Below, piece by piece: positions 11,124 to 20,913 of a stretch of DNA of 64,000 bases (its first letter is position 1; each line of letters starts with the position of its first letter). Source of the stretch: an uncultured bacterium (lineage in GTDB: Bacteria > Schekmanbacteria > GWA2-38-11 > J061); NCBI GenBank assembly GCA_964549305.1, contig CAZJVM010000003.1:1-64000 (forward strand), in the 5' to 3' direction. The notes under the pieces are model-generated. The model had not been told where the DNA came from. It worked only from the letters and a program-made list of their open reading frames with translations, and did not search any database. A program made the position numbers and the translations under genes.

Positions 11124-11960
11124 TTACTTTTCTTTCCCGCGCGGGTCAAGTATGTCCCTCATTCCGTCGCCGAGAAAATTAAAACCCATTACAGCAATCA
11201 TTATGGCAAGTCCGGGAAAAGCCGTAAGATGAGGCGCGACGGAAAGATAGCGCTGTCCGTCATTGAGCATGCTTCCCCAACTGGGCATAGGCGCCTGCAC
11301 TCCGAGACCCAAAAAACTCAGCGATGCCTCTGCCACTATCGCTCCGGCAATTCCCAATGTTGCCTGCACGATAAGGGGGGAGAGAAGATTGGGAATTATG
11401 TAAAACAGAATCGTTCTTCCCGTGGATGCGCCCATCGCTTTTGCCGCAAGGACATATTCGTTTTCTCTTATTGAGAGAGTCTGCCCCCTTACAAGACGCG
11501 CGTAACCAACCCATCCCACAAGGCAAAGGGCAAATATTACATTATCTATTCCCGGGCCTACAATGGCTATTATGGCGATTGCGAGAAGTATTCCGGGAAA
11601 GGCAAGAAGTATGTCGATTATTCTCATTGTCAGTTCATCAACCTTGCCGCCGATGAATCCCGCTATGGTGCCTATGAAAAGACCAACTACTGATGATACA
11701 CCCACAGTTATTATTCCCACTTTGAGAGATATTCTTGACCCTGCGATTATGCGGCTTAGAATGTCGCGCCCAAGATCGTCAAGCCCGAGAAGATGCGAGG
11801 AGTCGGGAGAAAGAAGGCGCTCTTCCAGATTTTGCGAATAGATATTGTAAGGCGCCAGAAAAGGGGCAAAAAGCGCGGTCGCGAAAAAAATAAATACTAT
11901 TACAAAGCCCGTTGCAGCAAGGCGGTTTGTAAAAAGCGTTTTAAATGCTGTTTTAATCAT
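11124..11960 (-). CDS. Peptide/nickel ABC transporter permease (DppC/OppC family); start probably ATG 11960
   Basis: HLLGLDDLGRDILSR, EYVLAAKAMGA (EAA loop), LSFLGLG and FNFLGDGMRD. Confidence 0.93.
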   Translation of the reverse strand: MIKTAFKTLFTNRLAATGFVIVFIFFATALFAPFLAPYNIYSQNLEERLLSPDSSHLLGLDDLGRDILSRIIAGSRISLKVGIITVGVSSVVGLFIGTIAGFIGGKVDELTMRIIDILLAFPGILLAIAIIAIVGPGIDNVIFALCLVGWVGYARLVRGQTLSIRENEYVLAAKAMGASTGRTILFYIIPNLLSPLIVQATLGIAGAIVAEASLSFLGLGVQAPMPSWGSMLNDGQRYLSVAPHLTAFPGLAIMIAVMGFNFLGDGMRDILDPRGKEK

Positions 11961-12855
11961 ATCTGATTCTCGGGTCAAACAATCCGTACACGATGTCCGT
12001 GAGAAGGTTTACGAGGACATAGGATACAGCAATGAGAAGTATGCACCCCTGCACGAGAGGATAGTCGCGCCTGCTGATTGCCTCTATCGTAAGGAGTCCT
12101 ATTCCGGGCCAGGAAAAAACCGTTTCCACTATTATGGCACCTGAAAGAAGCGCGCCGAATTGAAGTCCGATTATGGTGATTACAGGTAAAAGAGCGTTTT
12201 TTAAAGCGTGCTTGGATATTACGACATAGTTTGAAAGCCCCTTAGAGCGCGCCGTGGTTATGTAGTTTTCGTTTATGACTTCAATGAGCGTTGACCTTAT
12301 CATACGCGTTACGAGCGCTGCCATTCCCGTGCCGAGAGTTATCGCGGGAAGCATAATTCCCGTGAGGGAAAAAATTTTAAGATTGATATAAAAGAGAATA
12401 ATCAGCATGGGTCCCAGCCAGAAATTCGGAATAGATATTCCCAGAAGCGAGAGTATTCTTGATAAGTTGTCTATGGCGGTGTTTTTTTTCCACGCCGATA
12501 TGATTCCCAGAGGAAGCGATATTACGAGGGCAATGGCAATCGCGACCAGCGCGAGAAGAAGCGTTTGGGGAAACCTTTCTGAAAGCAATTCCGCAACGGG
12601 GCGTTTTGTTATTATTGAAGTGCCAAGATTTCCCTGAAAGAGGTTTGAGATAAAATCCCTGAACTGAATGAAAAGAGGTTTGTTAAGCCCGAGGACATCA
12701 CGAAGTTGCTGCACATCGGCTTTGGAGGCATTGTCGCCTAACATCATCTGTACGGGGTCTCCGGGGACAAGGTGAATTACGAGGAAGACAATGACCGTTA
12801 CCCCTGCAACAACAGGAATGGTAAGCAGAAGTCTTCTCAGAAGGTATTTAGCCAT
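11953..12855 (-). CDS. Peptide/nickel ABC transporter permease (DppB/OppB family)
   Basis: PGDP, GNLGTS, ARSKGL, ETVFSWPGIG, RDYP and DPRIR. Confidence 0.93.
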   Translation of the reverse strand: MAKYLLRRLLLTIPVVAGVTVIVFLVIHLVPGDPVQMMLGDNASKADVQQLRDVLGLNKPLFIQFRDFISNLFQGNLGTSIITKRPVAELLSERFPQTLLLALVAIAIALVISLPLGIISAWKKNTAIDNLSRILSLLGISIPNFWLGPMLIILFYINLKIFSLTGIMLPAITLGTGMAALVTRMIRSTLIEVINENYITTARSKGLSNYVVISKHALKNALLPVITIIGLQFGALLSGAIIVETVFSWPGIGLLTIEAISRRDYPLVQGCILLIAVSYVLVNLLTDIVYGLFDPRIRYD

Positions 12856-12924
12856 TGTTAGTGAAATTCCCCGTAAATGCTTTAATGACGAAGGATGTAT
12901 AAAAATAAAATTTTAGCAGTCTTT

Positions 12925-12950
12925 ATCATACCTGTCCAAAACAAATTTTT
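12925..12950 (+). repeat. Copy 1 of a 26-bp intergenic direct repeat
   Basis: ATCATACCTGTCCAAAACAAATTTTT; 24/26 identical to 50101-50126. Confidence 0.7.
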
Positions 12951-13361
12951 AAAAAAGCATTTTCACTATGAAAAAAAGTAAGGGTATGAAGATTTTAAAA
13001 TCTAAAATATTTGATTTAACTCATATTCCGGATTTTTTCTGCTGTCATCACTTGGCTTCCAATGTTGTTATTAACTGGTGGCTTCAAAACACTAACTTAC
13101 CACTGGCATGGTAATCGGCGGGAAGGTCAGAAATACAAAAAATAGCAAAGTGGTTCAGGCAGTATTCATTAAAAAAGATAATTTAAGACGATACCCTATC
13201 CCTTCCCATAAAAATATTACAAAATCAGTAGGTTAACTCTCCGCGTTCCTTTACTTGACTTGGTTCCTCGTGATATATTTTATTAACTAATTTTTATTTT
13301 ACCGGCGCATAGTTCGATAGGGGAAATCTAACTTTATGTTAAAGACACAAATAAATGGGAT

Positions 13362-14141
13362 ATGAGGAGAAAAGGCAAAAATTCGATTCACTATTTTGAG
13401 CTTCTTGTGGCGCTTGCGAAGAAGGACCTGAAGGTGCGCTACAAAAGCGCGTCACTGGGTTTTATGTGGGCAATCCTCAATCCCCTCCTGATGATGGTCG
13501 TCCTTAGCGTGATATTCTCGCTCGTTTTCAAGGTTAAAACAGAGGCGCCTTATTCTGTCTTTGTGCTGTGCGGACTTATCCCCTGGACTTTTTTCAATTT
13601 CTCGCTTGCCTGCGCCACGAACTCCATTGTGGACAATTCGAACCTCGTTAAAAAAGTCTATTTCCCGAGAGAGATAATCCCGGTTTCGGTAATATTAGCG
13701 AATCTTTTTAATTTCTGCCTTTCACTCATAATACTTTTTATTTTTCTCATAATATTTAAAATCAAGATTACTCTGTTTTTCCTTCTGACGCCTTTTGCAG
13801 TTGTAATTCAGTTTTTCTTCATATGCGGAATGTGTCTTCTCACATCGGGACTAAATGTTTATTTCAGGGATGTTAAATATATAGTCGAGTCGGCGCTTTT
13901 ATTTCTCTTTTATCTTACTCCTGTGTTTTATCCCGTTACAATGGTGCCTGAAAGATTCAGAGAAGTCTTTCTGTTAAATCCCATGGCAGGAATTATAGTT
14001 TTCTACAGGGATATTTTTATTAACGCTCAAATGCCTTCTTTATATCTTACGGCAGTGACAACTCTTTCGTCGTTGCTCATATTTGCCGCGGGGCTTTTTG
14101 TTTTTAAGAAGTGTGAGCCCGCTTTTTCGGACCTCATTTAG
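13362..14141 (+). CDS. wzm: Polysaccharide ABC transporter permease (Wzm/TagG)
   Basis: DLKVRYKSASLGFMWAILNPL, KKVYFPR, YFRDV, TPVFYP and LNP. Confidence 0.93.
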   Translation: MRRKGKNSIHYFELLVALAKKDLKVRYKSASLGFMWAILNPLLMMVVLSVIFSLVFKVKTEAPYSVFVLCGLIPWTFFNFSLACATNSIVDNSNLVKKVYFPREIIPVSVILANLFNFCLSLIILFIFLIIFKIKITLFFLLTPFAVVIQFFFICGMCLLTSGLNVYFRDVKYIVESALLFLFYLTPVFYPVTMVPERFREVFLLNPMAGIIVFYRDIFINAQMPSLYLTAVTTLSSLLIFAAGLFVFKKCEPAFSDLI

Positions 14142-14161
14142 GATACTTTCGGGAAATAATT

Positions 14162-15556
14162 ATGAAAGTAATCGAAATAAAAGATGTAGCCAAGAAGTAC
14201 AAAATTTATCACGAGAGACCCATGCTCGTAAAGAGTCTCTTTGCAAGTCTCGGAAGAAAAAAAATAGAGGAATTCTGGGCTCTGAAAAACATAAATATGG
14301 AAGTAAACAAAGGTGAAGCGGCGGGAATAATCGGAGATAACGGCGCAGGGAAAAGCACGATGCTTAAAATATTGAGCGGCGTCACGGCGCCTTCTCAGGG
14401 GACGGTAGATGTGAGAGGCAGGATTGCCGGACTTCTTGAATTGGGCGCGGGATTCCATCCCGACCTTACGGGAAGGGAAAACGTCTTTCTAAACGGAGCA
14501 ATACTCGGTCTTACGAAAAAGGAGATAGAGGGGAAGTTTGATTCAATTGTAGAATATGCCGGAATAAAGGATTTCATCGACACGCCCCTTAGAAACTATT
14601 CATCGGGAATGTTTGTGCGTCTGGGGTTTGCCGTGGCAGTCCACGTTAATCCGGAAATCCTCCTTGTTGACGAAGTGCTTGCAGTGGGAGACCAATCTTT
14701 TCAGGCAAAATGCCTCAAGACCATAGAAAATTTCATACATGATGGCAATACTCTGGTTTTCGTTTCTCACGATTTGAACATTATCCGCCACGTATGTTCG
14801 AGAGTGGTGCTTCTCGAAAAAGGCCAAGTAGTGCTCGAGGGTGAACCGTCAAAGGTTATTTCCCGTTACTGGTTGTCCATAGGCGACAAGAAAGGAATCG
14901 GCAAGATAGAGAAGGACCGCCTGAAGGTAGTGCTTAACAACGGGCGTTTGATTCTGCTTTGGAATGATATTGAGTTAACTAAAGGCCTTTCGGGGTATAC
15001 ATCGATGCGCTCATTCGTAAAATGGTACGATTCGTCCGTTGCGCAGTGGCAAATATTGGAAGACCGCGATGATATGATTGTCGCTAAAGGAGAATGGTTT
15101 GGGCTTCCCGTTGCGCAAAAGTGGACAATAAAGTTTAATGAGGGTTTCGTTGAGTGGGACATTGATATGGAAGTGAAGTCACCGGTAGACATCCTGAAAC
15201 AGCAGGCAAATCTTATGCTTTCAGAAGATTACGGGAGATGGATTTGTGATGGTGATAACAGTGGGGGATTTCCAAAATTTCGGGAGGAAACCGATGATGA
15301 TTGGGACTGCATCTGGACTACCGAGGGCGCATCGCAGTGGATTGGCGCCTGTGGAGAAGACAATAAAAAAAATCCTATACCCACCCTTAAATTTTATCCT
15401 CAGGCAGTTACCGGTAATGAAAAAACCAACATAGTGAATTCCAATCTTTATTACAGGGGAAGGGTGCTTCAGCAGTTAAAAGAGAATGATGAAAGCAAAA
15501 AAAGATACGAGCCCGGAACTTATAAGTATTTCAGCGGAAAAATAAAGGTTGAATGA
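14162..15556 (+). CDS. wzt: Polysaccharide ABC transporter ATPase (Wzt/TagH) with ~225-aa C-terminal extension
   Basis: Walker A GDNGAGKST, YSSGM signature, DEVLAVGD and VSHD. Confidence 0.92.
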   Translation: MKVIEIKDVAKKYKIYHERPMLVKSLFASLGRKKIEEFWALKNINMEVNKGEAAGIIGDNGAGKSTMLKILSGVTAPSQGTVDVRGRIAGLLELGAGFHPDLTGRENVFLNGAILGLTKKEIEGKFDSIVEYAGIKDFIDTPLRNYSSGMFVRLGFAVAVHVNPEILLVDEVLAVGDQSFQAKCLKTIENFIHDGNTLVFVSHDLNIIRHVCSRVVLLEKGQVVLEGEPSKVISRYWLSIGDKKGIGKIEKDRLKVVLNNGRLILLWNDIELTKGLSGYTSMRSFVKWYDSSVAQWQILEDRDDMIVAKGEWFGLPVAQKWTIKFNEGFVEWDIDMEVKSPVDILKQQANLMLSEDYGRWICDGDNSGGFPKFREETDDDWDCIWTTEGASQWIGACGEDNKKNPIPTLKFYPQAVTGNEKTNIVNSNLYYRGRVLQQLKENDESKKRYEPGTYKYFSGKIKVE

Positions 15557-16685
15557 GAATATGAAAGCCGTTTTTATAGGAATAAACGGTTATGATTATC
15601 CCTATGTGAGAGTGCGATGCTATAATTTTGCAAAGGAAGTCAGCAAACACGGCATAGATGCTTCGGTGTTTTCATTCAGGGATAATTTAGCGCCGGAGTT
15701 GTCGGGAATCGAGATGCTGACGCTCGGTGATTTTAAAAAAATCACTCTCAACTTAAAAGCGGCTTTAAAGCTTGTTCAGGAAAAAAATTCTATCTTTTAT
15801 ATTCAGAAAGTCCATTATCATTCCGCCGCGCCTTACCGGTTAGCAAGAATTACGGGACGAAAATATATTCTTGACTATGATGACTGGGATCTTGACAGGT
15901 CGCCGCTTTTTAACCGTTCATATCTCAACAAGCTTTTTTTCGGCGCAGACGGCGCAGAGGTTGTAACGGGAAAAATCGCCTCAGATGCCTCTGCCTGCGT
16001 TGCATCGAGCAAATTTCTCTATGACTATCTTTCGCAGTACAACAAAAATGTTTTTTACATCCCCACGGGAGTCGATGCGGAGAGATTTAAAAGGAAAAGA
16101 GAAAGAAAAGATACAGGAGAGATAAAGATGATATGGACGGGGAATATCTGGGGAGATGTTATTTATGAGAATGTAATGTTTTTGCTAAGGTGTTTTTCAA
16201 AAGTCAAACCTTATGGCAAGAAACTCTTTTTGCGCATTGTGGCAACAGGAGAATTCTACGGAAAGGTAAAAAAAGACGCGTCGGCAATGGCATATCCGGG
16301 AGAAGTTGAATTTATAGACTGGGTTACTCCCGATGAGATGAATAAAATACTCGAAGATTCCCACATAGGACTTCTTCCTCTAATTACCGATTCTCAAAAT
16401 GAAACCTGGATGAAGAGTAAAAGTCCAACGAAGCTTTTTGAATATATGGCAATGGAAATGCCCGCCGTATCAACGAATTTCGGCGAAGCGCCTGTAATCG
16501 TAAACGACGGTGTCAACAATTTTTTAGCCGAAGATGAAGATGAATTTGTAGAAAAACTCAATATCCTTATAAAGAATGACAATTTGAGGGAAAAGATGGG
16601 GATGAATGCGAGAAGGGATGTAGAAGAGAAATACTCTCTTGCCGTTATGGGAAAAGAACTTTCCGATATTTTTAAGAAAGTGTGA
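15549..16685 (+). CDS. Glycosyltransferase family 4 (start may be ATG 15561)
   Basis: GT-B fold motifs IPTGVD, KSPTKLFEYMA and MGMNARRDVEEKYS. Confidence 0.88.
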   Translation: MNENMKAVFIGINGYDYPYVRVRCYNFAKEVSKHGIDASVFSFRDNLAPELSGIEMLTLGDFKKITLNLKAALKLVQEKNSIFYIQKVHYHSAAPYRLARITGRKYILDYDDWDLDRSPLFNRSYLNKLFFGADGAEVVTGKIASDASACVASSKFLYDYLSQYNKNVFYIPTGVDAERFKRKRERKDTGEIKMIWTGNIWGDVIYENVMFLLRCFSKVKPYGKKLFLRIVATGEFYGKVKKDASAMAYPGEVEFIDWVTPDEMNKILEDSHIGLLPLITDSQNETWMKSKSPTKLFEYMAMEMPAVSTNFGEAPVIVNDGVNNFLAEDEDEFVEKLNILIKNDNLREKMGMNARRDVEEKYSLAVMGKELSDIFKKV

Positions 16686-17857
16686 AAATGAAAATTATAT
16701 TTATAGGCCACAGCGGTTATAATTATCCTCACGTGAGGGTGCGCTGTTACAATTTTTCATCATCTCTCGCAAAGCTTGGAATGGACACTGAGGTTTTTTC
16801 CTATAAAGACCATCTGCTCTCTCCGGAATATGATGAAGAGATGATGTATTTGTTGAGCGATAAAAGAAAAATTCAGCTTAGCTTAAAGGGGATTTTTAAA
16901 CTTTTTCCCGAAAAAGATAATATTTTCTATATTCAAAAACTTCTCTTTCATTCCGTCGCGCCACTGATACTTTCAAGGATGGGGAGAAATCGCTATATTC
17001 TCGATTGTGACGACTGGGATGGTACTCACGGAGTTCTCTTTAAAACGGAATCGCTGAACCGCTTATTTTTCGGAATGGAGGGTAAAACCGATAAATACGG
17101 CAATATTGATAACGGCGATTATGAAAAAATTCTTCTTCATTACGCGAAATCAGCACTCTGCTGTGTAGCATCGAGTCATTCTCTCAAAGATATATTATCT
17201 TCCGTTAACAGCAGGACATATTATGTCCCAACGGGTGTAGATATTCAAAAATTTCATAATGACTCCCCTAAAAAAGACGATGGTACGATAACCTTTTGTT
17301 GGACAGGTGTTGTCTGGGGAGATGTCATATTTGACAACATGCTTTTTCTATTGCACTGTTTTTCAACTTTAAAACGAAAACATAAAAATATTCGTCTTAA
17401 ACTGCTCGGAGGCGGTCAGTATATGCACAGACTGAAGGAAATCGTGTCGTTGATTTACAGAGAGGATGATATTGAAATATTAGATCCTATTTCTCCCGAT
17501 GATGTCCCGAAGTTTTTAAATGAAGCGGATATCGGAGTTGTTCCCCTTGTTCAGAAAAATGACAAATGGATTAACTCTAAAAGTCCCACGAAACTTTTTG
17601 AGTTTATGTCCAGCGGGCTTCCCGTGGTGGCAAGCAGAAGCGGAGAAAACCGCTATGTGATAGAAGACGGCAGGGACGGGTTTCTCGCTTCGGGGAAAGA
17701 AGAATTTATTGAAAAAATGGAGATACTCATTACTGACTGTAAGCTTAGAAAACAGATGGGCATAAATGCGAGAGAAACTGTGATGAATAATTACTCATTG
17801 GATATTCTCGGAGAAAAATTATACGGTATAATAAACGATATTAAGGAAAATATATGA
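16682..17857 (+). CDS. Glycosyltransferase family 4, paralogue of the previous gene
   Basis: YPHVRVRCYNF, DCDDWD and KSPTKLFEFMSSGLPVV. Confidence 0.88.
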   Translation: MKMKIIFIGHSGYNYPHVRVRCYNFSSSLAKLGMDTEVFSYKDHLLSPEYDEEMMYLLSDKRKIQLSLKGIFKLFPEKDNIFYIQKLLFHSVAPLILSRMGRNRYILDCDDWDGTHGVLFKTESLNRLFFGMEGKTDKYGNIDNGDYEKILLHYAKSALCCVASSHSLKDILSSVNSRTYYVPTGVDIQKFHNDSPKKDDGTITFCWTGVVWGDVIFDNMLFLLHCFSTLKRKHKNIRLKLLGGGQYMHRLKEIVSLIYREDDIEILDPISPDDVPKFLNEADIGVVPLVQKNDKWINSKSPTKLFEFMSSGLPVVASRSGENRYVIEDGRDGFLASGKEEFIEKMEILITDCKLRKQMGINARETVMNNYSLDILGEKLYGIINDIKENI

Positions 17858-19563
17858 AAATACTTTTTATTCAGCCTCCCCTTCCGTGCAATGAAAGGCA
17901 CAAAAGGATTTTGCCACTGGGAATAGGTTATCTTTGCTCCTATTTAAGACAACAGCATCCTGAAGTTGAATTGAAAGTCCTCGACGCCCACGCCCTTAAT
18001 ATGAATTACTGTCAGGTGATAAGTGAAATTAACAAGGAAAAATGGGACATTATCGGATTTTCTTTCTGGACGGCGCAGGCACCTTTTGTCTACAACATAG
18101 TTCCTTCACTGAGAAACAGTCAGCCCGACGCATTGATTGCATTCGGAGGAGTTCATACATCTCTTTGCCCCGAAGAGTCATCTGAACATTGTGACTTTGC
18201 TGTTCTCCACGAAGGTGAAGTGACATTAGGCGAAGTTGTGGGAAAAATTCTCGGGGGGAATGACTACAAGGATGTTTCAGGAATAGCATACAGAGAAGAC
18301 GGGGAGTTTGTAAAAAATCCCATAAGGCCGCTTATTGATGTACTTGATTCACTTCCTTTTCCTGCGTGGGATTTGCTGCCCATGGAATGCTACGCAACTC
18401 CTCTTCACGTAGTTGGCGGAAAAAGGCTTCCGGTGGTCGGTTCAAGGGGATGCCCCTATAACTGCACATACTGCGTATCGCCCCTTATGTGGATGAGAAA
18501 GGTTAGATGGAGAAGCGCGGAAAATGTAATTGAGGAGATGAAAAAATCCATAACGGACCTTGGAATAAGCCAGTTTCATTTCTGGGACGACAACTTCCTT
18601 CTGAACAGAAAGTATGTAAATGAGCTTTGCGAGGGGATATTGAGGGAAAATCTGAATATTAAATGGACGGGACTCACTCGCGCCTCTCATATTCAGAAAA
18701 ACAAGGATGTTGTGGAACTTCTGGGAAGATCGGGGTGCATAGGGCTTGAAGTGGGAATCGAGAGCGCCAATCCCGAAACATTTTCTCAGATACAGAAGGA
18801 GGAGAGTCTCGTTACCATAGAGGAGATTGCAAAACTTCAGAAGGACTGCGGTATGTATCCTCTATTTACTTATATGGCTTTCAATCCCGGAGAAACGATT
18901 AACGGTTATTATATGCAGTCGCGCTTCATAGATAACCTTTTGTCAAATCTTCCGTGGCTCGAGCATTTTCATCCCCTGCCTTATCCGGTTTATATAGGAC
19001 AGTTTTCCACGGCATATCCCCGCACACAGCTAATGGAAGACGCTCCAAATCTCGGAATGGTGCTTGTAGAGAAGTGGGATGACTGTTTCCACCACAATAT
19101 AAATTTCATACCCAATTCGCTTCTCGATGATGTGCCCATTAAAACGAGAAGTCATTTAAAGCCAAACGATTATATTGTCGCCGTAAATTCTGCCTGGGCG
19201 GGTATATGGACATTCGCGTCCTATTCCCTTCCACGGTTTGAGCGCGCGCTGGAGCAATGGGAGTATGTAAAGTTTATCTCGTCCTTTTTTATAAGATGCG
19301 ACGGCAACAGCACTGTGAGAAAAATAGCCGAAGAAGTATCAGACTTCTACAATATGGATAAAAAGAAGAGTTTTCAATATGCCGCATTTTCTTCACTTGT
19401 ACTTGCCCAACTCGGACTTATCCGCTCATCACTGTACGATGAGGACCTTGAAGTCAACATAAAGGAAATAAGCGTACCAGCGGGAAAAGGGTACAAGAAA
19501 AAGATTAAAAAAGTGCTCTTTTTGATATTGATGAATATTTATTGTTTTCTTAAAAAAAGATAA
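17854..19563 (+). CDS. Cobalamin-binding radical SAM protein with C-terminal extension
   Basis: PLGIGYL, GGVH and HEGE (B12 domain); SRGCPYNCTYC, WDDNF and GIES. Confidence 0.9.
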   Translation: MKILFIQPPLPCNERHKRILPLGIGYLCSYLRQQHPEVELKVLDAHALNMNYCQVISEINKEKWDIIGFSFWTAQAPFVYNIVPSLRNSQPDALIAFGGVHTSLCPEESSEHCDFAVLHEGEVTLGEVVGKILGGNDYKDVSGIAYREDGEFVKNPIRPLIDVLDSLPFPAWDLLPMECYATPLHVVGGKRLPVVGSRGCPYNCTYCVSPLMWMRKVRWRSAENVIEEMKKSITDLGISQFHFWDDNFLLNRKYVNELCEGILRENLNIKWTGLTRASHIQKNKDVVELLGRSGCIGLEVGIESANPETFSQIQKEESLVTIEEIAKLQKDCGMYPLFTYMAFNPGETINGYYMQSRFIDNLLSNLPWLEHFHPLPYPVYIGQFSTAYPRTQLMEDAPNLGMVLVEKWDDCFHHNINFIPNSLLDDVPIKTRSHLKPNDYIVAVNSAWAGIWTFASYSLPRFERALEQWEYVKFISSFFIRCDGNSTVRKIAEEVSDFYNMDKKKSFQYAAFSSLVLAQLGLIRSSLYDEDLEVNIKEISVPAGKGYKKKIKKVLFLILMNIYCFLKKR

Positions 19564-19627
19564 AATTGCGTTTTAAATCTTCCATTGACGCCTTATATGC
19601 CGGTAAAAATCTTCTCTCGCAAGTTCA

Positions 19628-20905
19628 ATGAAAAGAATTGCATTTATAGATCTTATGTTCAGATGGCCTCCTTCGGGAGGGGCGACCACTGACCTTAAAG
19701 AAGTTATTTCCGCGCTTTCGCAGAGAGGTTATCCGCTCAAGCTTTTTATACCTGAATTTGAAGATTATCTGCCGAGAGGAAGAATTGACAAAGAGCTTTC
19801 CTTTGAAATAGAAAAAATCCCTTTCACAAAATACTCCTTTAACAGGCGTACTATGCCCGGAAGGTTTGCTTCCCGCGTTAAATCCTTTAAACCCGATATT
19901 GTTTTCATAGGCGACGGTTACAGCATCAAACCCTTTCTCCTCGGCGCTTTCAGCGACTATAAAACCATCCTGAGATTTTATGCCTATGAGGTTTTTTGCT
20001 ATACATACAATCTTATCAATGACAAAGAGGAAAACTGCGCCAACAATATTTTCCTCGATATTCACCGGTGCAAGAGATGTAAATTCCCCACCGCTCCCGC
20101 GATTAAGGGATTTTGCGATGTATATCTTAACCTTGACAGAAGCGGTGACTTTTTCAAGCTTCTGAATAATCAGGAGATTCTCGCAAGCAGAGCTTTTTCC
20201 TCTTCATATCCGGGAAAGGCAAAAAAACTCATTGGCAGGGCAACGCAGATAATAGTCTATAACGAAATGACGAAATCGCTTCTCCATGGAATAAACAGCA
20301 ATGTAAATGTCTTTCCTTCAGGTGTTGACACAAAAAAATTTGTGCCGGCGCAAAATCGGGAAGGGAAAAAGAAGAAGGTGATACTTATGCCGGGAAGGAT
20401 ATCCTTCAGGCCAAAGGGATTCCATATAATGGAGGAAGTATGTAAAATGCTTCTGGAGAAGAGAGATGATTTTATTTTTCTCTGTACAGCAGATGAAGAT
20501 ATGCAGATAAAAAAATATGATTCCCCTCTTGACAGCCACATAGTTTTTTTAAACTGGATGGATCAGTCAAACCTTCATCTCATCTATAATTCCTCTGACA
20601 TATGCGTTGTGCCCTCTACCTGGTACGAACCTTTCGGAATTACCGCCGTTGAGGCGATGTCCTGCGGAAAACCTGTAGTAGCGTCAAAAACGGGCGGACT
20701 TGCGGGCATAGTTGAGGACAATGTAACGGGATATCTTGTACCTCCCTGTGACGTGTCGGGGTTTTACGATGCTATTATGAAACTTCTCGATGATGATGAA
20801 AAGAGGGAAAATATGGGAAATGAAGGGAGAAAGCGCGCGGAGAGAATGTTTGACTGGTCGGTAATAATGGAAAACAATTATATTCCACTCATTGAAGGAA
20901 TGTAG
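19628..20905 (+). CDS. Glycosyltransferase family 4 with 4-Cys insertion
   Basis: PSGVD and PSTWYEPFGITAVEAMSCGKPVV; C-x12-C-x10-C-x2-C. Confidence 0.9.
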   Translation: MKRIAFIDLMFRWPPSGGATTDLKEVISALSQRGYPLKLFIPEFEDYLPRGRIDKELSFEIEKIPFTKYSFNRRTMPGRFASRVKSFKPDIVFIGDGYSIKPFLLGAFSDYKTILRFYAYEVFCYTYNLINDKEENCANNIFLDIHRCKRCKFPTAPAIKGFCDVYLNLDRSGDFFKLLNNQEILASRAFSSSYPGKAKKLIGRATQIIVYNEMTKSLLHGINSNVNVFPSGVDTKKFVPAQNREGKKKKVILMPGRISFRPKGFHIMEEVCKMLLEKRDDFIFLCTADEDMQIKKYDSPLDSHIVFLNWMDQSNLHLIYNSSDICVVPSTWYEPFGITAVEAMSCGKPVVASKTGGLAGIVEDNVTGYLVPPCDVSGFYDAIMKLLDDDEKRENMGNEGRKRAERMFDWSVIMENNYIPLIEGM

Positions 20906-20913
20906 CGGAGAAT

